Below are positions 10,199 to 21,000 of a stretch of DNA of 64,000 nt, one piece after another. Numbering within the stretch: position 1 is the first letter of the stretch; every line of letters starts with the position of its first letter. Origin of the DNA: an uncultured Chthonomonadaceae bacterium (GTDB lineage: Bacteria; Armatimonadota; Chthonomonadetes; Chthonomonadales; Chthonomonadaceae); NCBI GenBank assembly GCA_963835065.1, contig CAWIEK010000050.1:160001-224000 (forward strand), in the 5' to 3' direction. The translations under genes were made by a program, and so were the position numbers. The notes below the pieces were generated by a model that did not search any database, was not told the DNA's origin, and worked only from the letters and a program-made list of their open reading frames with translations.

Positions 10199-11455
10199 AT
10201 GCACTTCAACATTCCCGGTTTGCGGCGCGCGGGCATTTTCGCAACGTTGACGCTTGCGCCCGCTGTTTTCGGTTCCACCCTGACCTGGGCGCAATCCGCG
10301 CCGATTGCGAAACAACGGGTAAACGCGCGGCTGCAAACTGCGCCTAAGAAGCGTACGGAGAAAAAATCTAAAATGGATAAGATGATCGTTTACATCGGCA
10401 CGTATACGCAGGGCGCGAGCAAAGGCATTTACATCTATGATATGGATGCCAATACAGGTATGCTCACGCCTGCCGGCAATTCGCCACTGGTTTCTAATCC
10501 GTCCTTTCTGACCATTGCGCCCGACCATAAACACCTGTATGCCTGCAACGAAGTGGATGATTTCGACGCGGCGCACGATGGCGCGGTCAGCGCGTTCGCC
10601 ATTGACGCCAAAACGGGCGGACTGAGCCTGCTCAATCAGCAGCCTTCGGCGGGAAGCGGGCCGTGCTTCGTGTCTATGGACGCCAAAGGCAAAAACGTTC
10701 TTGTCGCCAATTACGGCAGCGGCAGTGTGGGCGTTCTGCCTGTGGGCGCGGACGGCAAATTGATGCCGCCGAGCGCCAAAATCCAGCACGAGGGCAAGGG
10801 ACCCGACCCGGCGCGGCAGGAAGGTCCACACGCCCACTCCATCAACCTCGACCCTGCCAGCCATTTCGCGTTTGCGGCGGATTTGGGACTGGACAAAGTA
10901 TTTGTTTATCGCTTCGACGCCGCGCATGGGACGCTGACGCCCAACACGCCCGCGTTCGCGTCCGTCGCGCCCGGTTCCGGCCCGCGCCACTTCGCGTTTC
11001 ACCCCAACGGGCATTATGCCTACGTTATCAACGAAATGGCGTCTACCGTGACCGCCTTCCATTATGATGCCGCGAAGGGCGAACTGACCCAACTGCAAAC
11101 CATTTCCACCCTGCCCGAAGGCTATACGGGCGCTACCACCTGCGCCGAAATCCGCGTTCATCCGTCCGGCAAGTTTTTGTACGGCTCCAATCGCGGCCAT
11201 GACAGCATCGCCATTTTCGCCATTGACCCCGCTACGGGCAAGCTGACCGCTAAGGGGCATCAGTCCACGCAGGGCAAAACGCCGCGCAATTTCAACCTTG
11301 ACCCAAGCGGGCATTTCCTGATCGCCGCCAATCAGGAAACGGATAACGTCGTGGTCTTCCGCATTGACGCGCAAACCGGGCAACTGACGCCCACCGGCCA
11401 AACCATAGATGTGCCAAAGCCCGTGTGCATCAAGTTCCTGCCGCTCGGCAAATAA
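10199..11455 (+). CDS. pgl: 6-phosphogluconolactonase-like lactonase (7-bladed beta-propeller), secreted
   Basis: YIGTYT, NPSFL, VANYGSGSV, RQEGPHAHS, ADLGLD, GSGPRH, YGSNRGHDSIA, TPRNF motifs; N-terminal signal peptide. Confidence 0.9.
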   Translation: MHFNIPGLRRAGIFATLTLAPAVFGSTLTWAQSAPIAKQRVNARLQTAPKKRTEKKSKMDKMIVYIGTYTQGASKGIYIYDMDANTGMLTPAGNSPLVSNPSFLTIAPDHKHLYACNEVDDFDAAHDGAVSAFAIDAKTGGLSLLNQQPSAGSGPCFVSMDAKGKNVLVANYGSGSVGVLPVGADGKLMPPSAKIQHEGKGPDPARQEGPHAHSINLDPASHFAFAADLGLDKVFVYRFDAAHGTLTPNTPAFASVAPGSGPRHFAFHPNGHYAYVINEMASTVTAFHYDAAKGELTQLQTISTLPEGYTGATTCAEIRVHPSGKFLYGSNRGHDSIAIFAIDPATGKLTAKGHQSTQGKTPRNFNLDPSGHFLIAANQETDNVVVFRIDAQTGQLTPTGQTIDVPKPVCIKFLPLGK

Positions 11456-11660
11456 ATGTAAGCGTATTGCTCAGGCGACTCACTGCCCTTCTTTAAACCG
11501 CGTCAAGCGGCTCAAAAGAAGGGCAGTAACGTTGTTAATAGGGGTATTTTGTCCTGACACGATTTGAAAGCGGTTCCGCAGAGTGATTCCAGTTGACGTA
11601 AGCGGCAGGATGTGGTAAAAACAATAACATTACATAGTTGCCCCTGTTTAGAAGAGGTGA

Positions 11661-12302
11661 TTGATGGTGACTGCGAAGTTTGTAGACAAACGCCTTGCTT
11701 CTTTCTACACGAAGGAGGTACTCGCGCAAGGGCGTACATTATCTCACCTCATTGATAAACATTCCAATCTTGCGGAATGGCAGGCAGTAAGTTTCGTTCC
11801 TGAAAACTTACCGGATGCGGCAATGAATAACTTCAACTTCGGCAGCAATTTGCCGTCTGAAGTTATCAGGAAGGCAGTGTCGGAGTGGGTTGTGGAACTT
11901 TTGACGGATTGTTCCTATCCTGCATTGATTGTAGAAAATGCGCTGGCACAGCCTTCTGATCTATGGCTGTCCACTACGCGCGTGAATACCATCGTGTTTG
12001 AAAATGAAGTATATCATTATTGTGCAATACCCGAAACGGAAGCAGCCCACACAAAAGACGCCCTCAGTGAAATAGTTCTCAAAACAATAACAACAGCCGA
12101 AAACGCATATCCACCTGTTGTTGGCGTTGTATCGGCGCGAAGTGACAGGCTGCGTGTTCGTTCTGAAGGTCAGTTCAGCGTCCTGCAACGCGAAGAACTA
12201 GTTACGATAGCAACAAATGCCTGTCACATCATCGTTGGAGCTTACGATGGTGAAGGCTACCTTGTCTGGCATCGCCCAGCCAAACGTCAATTACTGTATT
12301 GA
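11661..12302 (+). CDS. Hypothetical protein, AT-richer than flanks
   Basis: GAGGTG RBS upstream; 213-aa ORF ending IIVGAYDGEGYLVW; base composition visibly differs from neighbours. Confidence 0.6.
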   Translation: MMVTAKFVDKRLASFYTKEVLAQGRTLSHLIDKHSNLAEWQAVSFVPENLPDAAMNNFNFGSNLPSEVIRKAVSEWVVELLTDCSYPALIVENALAQPSDLWLSTTRVNTIVFENEVYHYCAIPETEAAHTKDALSEIVLKTITTAENAYPPVVGVVSARSDRLRVRSEGQFSVLQREELVTIATNACHIIVGAYDGEGYLVWHRPAKRQLLY

Positions 12303-12333
12303 ACCCGAAGTGAAATAAATCGAAGGTTGCCTT

Positions 12334-13698
12334 ATGAAATCGCCACACGCGGAGATGGATAATCCTGTTGTTGCTTTGATACGCTCGCGCCAGAGTTTGC
12401 AAGCCCACCCTGACAACGCGACGGCCTTGTTTGAGCAGGGCAACGCTTTGTGTCAGTTAGGGCAGTGGGAACAGGCGTTGGAAGCCTGGGAGCAGGTCAC
12501 GCATCTGGAACCCGACAACGCTTTTGCATATCTCAATCGGGGCATTGTGTATCTACAGCAGGAGCAGTGGCAAGAGGCCGAACACGCCTTTGCAGCCGCA
12601 ATTTCCCGCGCCCCGGAACAGGCGGAAGCGCATTTCGGGTTGGGCGTGGCGCTGGCGCAGCAGGGGAAATACGAGTCGGCTCACGCGGCCTGGCAGGATA
12701 CGCTGCGCCTGAATCCCATGCACCCGGAGGCCGGCGCCCATCTTTCCCTGCTGGCGCAGATGTCTTCAACAGAAGTGGAGTCCCTCAATGTCGGCTCCGC
12801 GCAAACGCTGCAATTGGATTGCGTGATTTCCCCGCCCGCTCCATCCGAACGCGACACTGCTGTAGAAGAATCCCGTATCAAACTGCCGCCCCTGATCGGC
12901 CCCAACCTGGACACGATTGCCGGGGCCGTTGTCGCCGCTCAGGAAGCGCGGGAACAAGCCGTTGCCCCACCGCGTCAGGAGACGACTGCGCCTGCCACTT
13001 CGGAGGAGGAGCGCCGGGAACCCACGCTGAAAATGGACAGCAAGGCGCTGAAGCGAGAACACGCTCGTCTTGCCGCTTCAGGCCGTTCCTCGTTTGAACG
13101 CAAGCCCCTGCCTGTCTGGCAACGCGCCCTGCTGATAACGGGGAGCGCGGTTGTTGCGGCGGCGCTTACGCTGTGGGCAATCATCCTGCGCATCCACGCG
13201 CCCGCAGAAGTGGACAAAACCGATACATCTTTATCCGCTTCCCCGGCAGCCCTCACAGCGCGGCCCAACATGGCTCCGACGCTGTTGCCGACGACAGAGC
13301 AAACACAAACGGCAGGAACGCAAACATCCGCGCCCGTTGCGTCTTCCAAGATTGCAGAACCGACGCTGATGGTTCCAGCCACTTCCGTTCGCGCGCCCCA
13401 TGCTCGTGGTGACGCCGCTGTTGGTGTTCGGGCGTCTGCCGTTCACCCGCCAACAGCGCGTGTCGTTGCGGATACCCCGGCTCCGCGCCGGAAAGCAGCC
13501 GTAAAGCCCACAAAACGGCTTGTCGTTGAAGAAGACACCTCTGCTTCCGCGCATCGCCGCCATACTTCGGACGCTCCCGCCACGCCCCACGCGCCGGTTC
13601 GTCACGCGCAAAATCGTGGAGACGAGGATACGTTCGCCACGCGCCGCCGTCCCGCTCACGCCGACAATGGGGACGAATGGACCGACCATATACCGTAA
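12334..13698 (+). CDS. TPR-repeat membrane protein
   Basis: N-terminal TPRs (ALFEQGNAL, AYLNRGIVY, AHFGLGVAL), one TM segment (ALLITGSAVVAAALTLWAIIL), Ala/Pro/Thr-rich C-terminus. Confidence 0.8.
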   Translation: MKSPHAEMDNPVVALIRSRQSLQAHPDNATALFEQGNALCQLGQWEQALEAWEQVTHLEPDNAFAYLNRGIVYLQQEQWQEAEHAFAAAISRAPEQAEAHFGLGVALAQQGKYESAHAAWQDTLRLNPMHPEAGAHLSLLAQMSSTEVESLNVGSAQTLQLDCVISPPAPSERDTAVEESRIKLPPLIGPNLDTIAGAVVAAQEAREQAVAPPRQETTAPATSEEERREPTLKMDSKALKREHARLAASGRSSFERKPLPVWQRALLITGSAVVAAALTLWAIILRIHAPAEVDKTDTSLSASPAALTARPNMAPTLLPTTEQTQTAGTQTSAPVASSKIAEPTLMVPATSVRAPHARGDAAVGVRASAVHPPTARVVADTPAPRRKAAVKPTKRLVVEEDTSASAHRRHTSDAPATPHAPVRHAQNRGDEDTFATRRRPAHADNGDEWTDHIP

Positions 13699-13748
13699 TA
13701 AACGATTTGGCAAACGAAAACGATTAGCAAATGCAAAGGAATGTACTC

Positions 13749-15322
13749 ATGTTTACGAACAGGCTGTCTTCCCGCTCTTTATTCCGGCAGCTTCGGTCTT
13801 CACAAATCCGGCTTGCCTTCCTACTTTCTATCGGGCTGTCCATCGGAATAACCGTTGGGGGCGCGTTCAATTGTGGCGTGGCGCGGGCGCAGGAAACGCC
13901 CCGGAACGCGCAAAAACAAACTGCGCCTGCTTCACTTGGCCCCAATCTGCTGCCGAACGGCGATTTTGCGCGGGAAAGCGCTGCGTGGACATCGGAACTG
14001 ATGAACGGCAAGGCCAACGCCACGCTTGCCTGGCCTGCCGATGCGCCGCTGCCTGCGGGCGTGACGGGCAAAGTGGCTCGTTTTGAGGTAGAGGCCATAG
14101 ACAAAGAGCGCTGGCATGTGCAGTTTTACCAGAACGGCCTGAACTTGAACAACAACGAAACGTACACGGTTACGTTTTGGGCGCGTTCCGGTGAAAATCG
14201 CCTGCTTTCCATTTCCGCCAATGCGGATGAAGGGGATTACCACGCGCTGGGTCTGGACAATCGCCTTGCCATCAGCCCGCAGTGGCGCAAATACAGCCTG
14301 GCGTTCACCGCGCTTCACGCCCGCAAAAATCATGCGCGTTTGTGCTTCATACTCGGTGACGCCCTGGGGCGCGTGGAACTGGCGGACGTTCGGCTGCAGC
14401 AGGGCGCGGCAGACGCGCCACTCGGGTTCCAATCTGCTGCGCAACGCCGGGTTTTGAGCAGGGCATGGCTTCCTGGATGCCCCTGCTCGTGGAAGCGCCC
14501 GCGCAGGCCACTTTACAATTAACGGACGCGCCCCCCGCCAATGTGGGCGGCAAAGTGGCGCACCTTGCCGTGTCTCAGCCCGGAACTCAACTCTGGCATG
14601 CGTACTTCGGCCAGAGCGGTTTGAAACTGGAAGAAGGGCAGGCGTATACCCTGAGTTTCTGGGCCAAATCGGGTCAAAGCCGCTCCGTGACCGTTTATTC
14701 CGACATTGCGCAGGACGATTACCACCAGACCGGCCTGCGTCAAACAGTGGAATTGACGCCCAACTGGAACAGGTTTACGTTCGTGTTTACGCCTACCAAC
14801 ACGGGCAGCAGCGCGGCACGAATTATCTTTGCCGCCGGGGATGCGGTGGGCGATGTTGATGTGGCAGGCGTTACCTTGCAGCGTGGCGCTGCGCCGGCTG
14901 TCAAAAAGCCCGCGCCTTCCTCGGACACAGCCGCGGTTCGCGCCATTCTGAACGGCAAATCCACTGCGGACAAAACGCCGGGACGGGGCGATACGCGGGC
15001 GCACCGCTCCCATCCTCTCCTGGGAACGTGGCAGAGTTTTCATAAGGAGGAAGGGCTGACGGGCAAGGAGTACCAGCGCTACCGCTTTGTGTTTGAGGCG
15101 AATGGCAACGGCTCGCTGCAAGTGGCGACCATGTCCGCCGACCCTGCCGACCCGCCCAAATCGCAGCAAACTGAAGCCTTCAAATGGGACTTGATTGAGG
15201 GCGGCCCCCACATTTCCATCGGCGCGAACGTGTATACGTGGACGATTGACAAGGATGGCGCAAAGCAAAAATTAACGTTGAAGAACTACGAAGGTAAAAC
15301 CTATATCCTGTTCCGCCAGTAA
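13749..15322 (+). CDS. Secreted protein with two tandem CBM4/9-like carbohydrate-binding domains; two frameshifts (~14426, ~14455)
   Basis: Signal peptide; duplicated domain starting PNLLPNGDF / SNLLRNAGF with WHVQFYQ..YTVTFWA / WHAYFGQ..YTLSFWA; the pieces lie in three successive frames. Confidence 0.75.
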
Positions 15323-15518
15323 AAACCGGTATGTAAAATGCTTGCTGTGAAACAGATTACCAGGCGATCAAATCTGCAAATTGCATGGGCGCGCGGCCTG
15401 CTTGCTTGTTGAGCCGAATACAGACGTTATGCAGCGCGGCTTTGGCACACAAGCGGGCATATAGCCACGAGTTGAAAACCCCTGGCGAAAATGTGTACGG
15501 CAGTGAAAGAGGTTCTTA

Positions 15519-15690
15519 GAGCCTATCCCGATAGGGCTTGTCCTTGCGTCTGAAAGACGCTTGCTTTGTCCGGACAGGGGGTGGCGCCCGTGTGGTTGCG
15601 ACCCCCTAGCAACCACACGGGCAGCTGGAATTGCGTCTGCAGACGACAGCCAAGAGTCGTTTTCAAAACCCGGCCAATTGGGATAGGCTC
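15519..15690. mobile_element. 172-bp non-autonomous MITE-like element with TTA target-site duplication
   Basis: Terminal inverted repeats GAGCCTATCCCGAT (15519-15532) and ATTGGGATAGGCTC (15677-15690), flanked on both sides by TTA (15516-15518, 15691-15693); no transposase. Confidence 0.65.
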
Positions 15691-16667
15691 TTAGTCGCGG
15701 GGCGGCGGGGGCGCGTCGGCGGGCGTGAGCGGGATGGGATGCAGCAGCCCGCGCTGAAAACTCCGCGATTCGGTAATGCGCAGGCGTTCGGGCAAAATAT
15801 AGGGGAACCGCAGCCCCTGCGAGGCTTCCGCCGGGTACGCGGAACCGGCGTACTGCACCGTGTACTTGCGGGCGGCGAAGCGTCCGAGCCGAACGCGATT
15901 TTGACAACGGGGGTTTTGGTTTCCGCAATGCCGTGCAGTACCGACCACTCAACCGGCCAGTTCAGCATCTCTTCCAGCCAGCCGATAACGTCCGCGTACC
16001 CCATGCTGCGTCCAAGCGCGAGATAAGCGTTTGCCTGCGCGCGGGTCGCGTCGCAATCGAAGCGGCAGGGCAGATGCGGCACAGCCCGCGCGCCCAATGA
16101 CCGCAGCAGGACATTACCCTGAAACGGGCCGGTGACGCGCCAGGTATCGGGCGCGATTGCTTCCTTTTGCGCCGTGTTTAGCGTCATCGGCCACGTCGGG
16201 TCCACAAACCGGTCACGATACCAGATTTGCTCGAAAAACGCATGGCAGCAGACCGGGCAGCCCACCATTCGCGCCACTTCCGCCCGATCCTCGCGCTGCC
16301 AGGCCGCCGCCAAATCCTCCACGTTTTCCAGCGCCCCCACCGCAATCCGGTAACGGAGCGGAGCCTCGCCCGTAGCGCGCGCCGCGTAGTGCGTTCCCCC
16401 ATCCAGCCCTTCCAGAATTCGCAGGTGCAGACGATGCCGCGTCACCTGTTCGCGCAGGCGTTCCAGTTCCCCCGCATAAACCACCACCCGCATACACGGA
16501 CGCAATCCTTCCGCAACCGACAGCAGTTCCCACTCCTGCCAGGCGGCGATAAGCCGATCCACGCGGGGCTGCCACACCTCCCGCGCCCGGTCGCTGACCC
16601 ACGAAAAGCGGGTAAAGTCCGGCAGGCGAAACTCAAGACGCTCCATAGTTCCCGTAAACGACTCCAT
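15691..16667 (-). CDS. Conserved-looking Cys-motif protein accompanying the radical SAM gene; frameshift near 15880
   Basis: AAGGGGAG RBS before ATG 16667; motifs MVGCPVCCHAFF, PHLPCRFDC, WSVLHGIAE; C-terminus continues in the alternate frame as AARKYTVQYAGSAYPAEASQGLRFPY to the stop at 15691. Confidence 0.75.
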
Positions 16668-16764
16668 TTCCGCTCCCCTTCCGCCCATCAAAAGCACCGG
16701 CTACAAACCAACCCCCGAACACCGAACACCAAACACAAACACCTGAATACCCGAACACCCGCCT

Positions 16765-17940
16765 CTATCCGGCCTTGACCGCAACCGCCCGCATCGCTTC
16801 AAGCGTTTCTTCCATCGTGGGGTTACTGCCCCGGCCCCACGCTTCCAGCATCGCCCGTTCCAGGAATATCCGGTTGGGCTGCGCGGAAATCGGGAAACTG
16901 CCCCGATCCAGCAGGCGCTCTTCGACATGGCGAAACAGTTTTTTCCAGATGTCGCAATGTTCCGTGCGGTTGCGCCAATCGCCGTCAATGGCCGTGCCGG
17001 GACATTGCCCCTTGCACACGAGGAAAAAACGGCAGTCCTTGCACCCGCCATGCGCTTGGGGCGTGTGGTACAGCGCAATATAGCGTTCGTAGCCGGGGCG
17101 GGAGGCTTTGGTGAAATCAATGCCGTCCTTGTTGGTGCGCCCGCAATTGCTGCGCTGCCCGTTTCCCTCCACGCCCTGCACAGCCGCCGTCGTGTAAGCG
17201 TCGCAGGCCATCCACACGCACGTCGCCTGCCGATCCTTTCCCGCCAGCAGGCGCTCCATGTCGGAAAAAAGGTCGAAGCGCAAATGGGAAAGCGATGGCT
17301 CCATTTCGGCAAAATGCAGCAGCGCCCCGATGTTTTCCGGGACGTTCAGCGCGTACTTGCGGCGAATAATCTCGTTTTCCACTTCCAGAATGTGCAGACG
17401 GGCGCTCACGATGCCCATTTTGTCACATTCGCGGAACCACGCGGCCATGCGCGGCAGTTTGTCTTCCGTCGCATTGTTGCGGTGCAGCGTCACGATCAGG
17501 CTTGGCGGCGTTCCCTCTTCGCACAAACGCCGAATGGCCTGATGCGTTCTCGCGCTCGCTTCCCGCGTTTTCGCCAGATTACCGGCCCAGCGTACATCGT
17601 TGAGTTCGTCCGGGCCGTCTACCGAAATCCCGACGTGGACGTTGTACTTGTGGAACAGGCGAATATGGTTTTCCGTCACCAGGGTTCCGTTCGTCTGCAC
17701 GGAATTGGACCCGAACTTTTCCAGCCCCCACGCCCACAGTTCTTCCAGGTCATCATCGGGAATCAGCAGCGGCTCTCCGCCGAACAGGGTAAACGCGCCG
17801 CCGCTTTTCAAAACCGCCTGCTTCATCGCCTCCATATCATACGATTTGGTCAGATTGCCCGCGTCCCGCTGCGGATTCTGGTAGCAATACTGACACCCGA
17901 TATTACAGTTGACGCCCAACGGCCTCAGTTCAACGCCCAT
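16765..17940 (-). CDS. Radical SAM enzyme with C-terminal SPASM-type domain (putative peptide/protein maturase)
   Basis: GGAG RBS before ATG 17940; CNIGCQYC (CxxxCxxC), FGGEPLL, QTNGT, GISVDGP; C-terminal CVWMAC...NCGR...CKDCRFFLVCKGQCPG...HC cysteine cluster. Confidence 0.93.
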   Translation of the reverse strand: MGVELRPLGVNCNIGCQYCYQNPQRDAGNLTKSYDMEAMKQAVLKSGGAFTLFGGEPLLIPDDDLEELWAWGLEKFGSNSVQTNGTLVTENHIRLFHKYNVHVGISVDGPDELNDVRWAGNLAKTREASARTHQAIRRLCEEGTPPSLIVTLHRNNATEDKLPRMAAWFRECDKMGIVSARLHILEVENEIIRRKYALNVPENIGALLHFAEMEPSLSHLRFDLFSDMERLLAGKDRQATCVWMACDAYTTAAVQGVEGNGQRSNCGRTNKDGIDFTKASRPGYERYIALYHTPQAHGGCKDCRFFLVCKGQCPGTAIDGDWRNRTEHCDIWKKLFRHVEERLLDRGSFPISAQPNRIFLERAMLEAWGRGSNPTMEETLEAMRAVAVKAG

Positions 17941-18053
17941 GATTGTCTCCAATCGCTTCAATGATGAGTGATGAGTGATGAGTGATGAATGAGGATGCCG
18001 TTCATCATTCATCACTCAGCATCCATCACTATCAACTATCAACTATTAACTGC

Positions 18054-21000
18054 TTAGATCGCCTTCGCCGGCACATCCACATGCGGCGTCGAGGTGTCTC
18101 CATGCGGGATGGCCGTGCCGTCCGTGTGCGGAATGGTTTTGGTGTCTATGTGGGGCAGCACCTGCGTGTCCGCGTGGGGAATGAGCGTAGAATCCACATG
18201 CGGTACCACCGGCGTGTCCACATGGGGGGTGATGGTGGTATCTACATGTGGAATGATCGTGGCGTCCGTGTGCGGCGTACCAACGTCGAAGTGCGGCTTG
18301 CCGGTATCCCAATGCGGGCGGCTATCCACATGCGCCCTGCCAAAGAAACTGGTGTCGTCGTGAGAGCCTGTGGAATCGGAATGGCCGCCGCCGCTGTCCG
18401 CGTGACTGGAAGCCGTATCCGTGTGTTTGGCAGCGGTGTCGGCGTGTTGGGCGGCAGCATCTACATGCGCCTTCTGCGGCGTATCCCCATGCTTGGAAGG
18501 CGTATCTACATGCTTTGGCGGCGTATCCACGTGCGGCGCAGCCGGGACATCGGCATGCTGCGAGGGCGTATCTATATGCTTGCCCGCCACATCTATATGC
18601 GGCGTCAGCAGGCCGCTGAACAGGGAACTGGCATTGTCCTTGATCTGCTTTTCCACGCGATCTCCCAGCGCTTTGATGTCGCGGGGAGACACGGACAGGG
18701 TGAAGGCGGGCATAGTCACTTTATGGCCCGACCAGACGAACTGGCCGCTGACGGAAGCGCTGAAGCCGGACGAGCCGAGATGCGTGTCGAGCTGCAGGCC
18801 GACGGAAGTATTCAGGGAAATGTTGGGAATGAGGGTGGTATGCGTCACCGGGTCCTGAATCGCGCCGGTATCCAAATTCAGCGGCAGGGAGATAAGCACC
18901 ATCCCGGAAAAGTCGTAGGCATTGCCCGTACGCTTTATGCTGAACACGGCGTGAACGCCCAGCCATTGCCCTTCGATGGTCGCGCTGTTGTTGGTAATCG
19001 TCACCATGGACTGCAGGATGTTGAAGTCCTGCAGGGCAACGCTTACCGCCGCCTGCAAATACAAGTTCCCCCTGTTGTCGAGCGTCATCAGGCCGTCCGC
19101 TTTCACTTTCAGCGGTGAGGAGTCCGGGAACAGATCGAGATGCCCCTGCATACGGAAGTGGGTGTCGTCCATTTCCAGGCTGGCCGTAAAGACGGTATGG
19201 TCTCCCACGCGCAGCAGGCTCGTTCCGCTGACCGCGAAAGCGGGGGAATTGTGGCTGATAACCACCTGCCCGCGCAAATCCGCCGAAAACAGACTGCCGA
19301 TGCTGCCGGCAACATGCAGCACGGTTCCGAAGCCGCCCGACGCGCCCGCCACCCCGAAGCGGCAGTCGAAGTCCAGCACGTTCGCCAGTTTCCAGCCGCC
19401 GCGCAGGAATAATACCATGCCCTCATCGTTGGGCGTGGGCGAGGGCGGCAGAACCTGAATAGTCGCGTTCAGGTCGTTGAAAGCGGCGGGAACCCGGTTC
19501 TTCGCCACCAGGTCGCGGAACTCTTTGGGCGTGGTGATAAGCCAGTCGGCGTAAATGCCTGACATAAAGCCGAACGCCAGCGTCTCCTGCCCGACGCGCT
19601 TTTCCAATGGCAGGCACTGTATCAGTTCGTTCAGGCTGAGAGTTTTCATCGCGTTCAGCAGATGCGCGAGGAGGCTGTACGCGGTATAGGGGGGCTGCAA
19701 GCCGGTCTGTGTGCCGAGCAGCTTGCCGCTGAGGTATTTGGGCAGTTGCAGGTAGTTCGGCCCGACCGTCAGAGAGAACGGAACCGCCGCCCCGAACGAA
19801 GCGTTGGGGTCGAGCAGATACGTTCGATCCGTGAAGAACTTTTCCACACTGGTGAAGAGCGCCAGCAGCTGCTTGAAGTCGGGAACCTGCGGTTTCGGGA
19901 ACTCCCAGTCCGTAACCACGCTCAAGCCTTCCAATCCGAGATATTCGTAGCGCAGATGCTCACAGAAGAGCGGAATGGGAATCGGGATCACGGTCTCGTA
20001 GAGTACAAGCACGAACAGGTTGTGCAGCGTGAGCGTGTTCACGAGCGCGTTGCTGTTAGGCAGAATCGGCAGTTTGTCCAGGGGCAGCGCGATGGCGGCG
20101 GCCATAGTGATTATGTCGAAGAAATCCAAAATGGCGTCTATCTTGACGGAAAGCGCTGCGCCGCCGAACAGTTCGCCAAGCGTGAGACTGTACAATTCGA
20201 TGCCCATGAGCTGCGGCAGCGGGCCGATAAAACACGATGTCAGGATTTTGATCGGCTTGTCGCCTTCCACCGCGATTTTGCCGCTGACGCGCCCGTCGTC
20301 CGTGACGGTAATATCGAACGTGAAGCCCTCCGGTATCTCAAAATCGAGGTAGGATTTGAAGCGGGTGGGCAGATGGTCCAGCCGGGACGCAATGGCGTCA
20401 AGCGCGGAAGTGAACTCTTTCGGCAGCGTAATGCCGGCTTTTTGCAGCAGTTTCAGCAGCGCGGCTGTGTTCAAATTGCCCTTGTCGTCGAACGCCTTTA
20501 TTTCTGCAAGGGGAATGCCGTTGGGCAGCGCGGAACCCAGCGCGTTCAGGTGGCAGGCATTCAGCAGCGACTTGATGGGCGTGAGCGGAATCTGGAGCGG
20601 AACGCTCGGATCAGCCTGCTCGAAGCCGCCCTGCGCGTTGAACTGCTTGCCGTCGTAACTGAAGACGGGAACCTCGAACTTGAACTTGCCGAAATCGCCG
20701 AAGTCCACGTAGCACCAGGTATTCGCGCCTTCAGTTTTGAACTGAAGGGCGAGGAAGGGGGAGGAAACGGCGCGAATGGAAAGCCCGTTTTTCACATCAG
20801 CCTCGACGCGCAGGCGCGTCACGGTGCTGTCATCACCTTTGCGGTACGTGTTGAAGACATTCACGGACGGCGTACCGTCGGATTTCGTGCCAAAGAGCGT
20901 GTTTGTCTGATCCGGGATGCCCACCCCGGCGTCCATGGAGAAACTGATGTCGCTGCCCAATTGCAGGGTAAAGTTGGCGGCTTCGACATTGCCCGTTCCC

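Noticed and set aside
15663..15880. C-terminus of the listed 344-aa ORF (ASTRCSTPVPR...)
   Set aside because: Out-of-frame read-through after an indel; the alternate frame ending at 15691 is more protein-like, and the listed ORF runs into the MITE.
17941..18015. N-terminal extension MMNDERHPHSSLITHHSSL of the radical SAM ORF (likewise 37138-37209 for plsC)
   Set aside because: Translation of heptamer repeats; an RBS supports the downstream ATG.
17960..18050. Repeat arrays as possible CRISPR
   Set aside because: Units are 7-8 bp tandem repeats without unique spacers; no cas genes.
18046..18460. Short overlapping ORFs as separate RiPP precursor peptides
   Set aside because: Alternative frames of the HxD array with no RBS; the HxD frame is continuous with the giant ORF.
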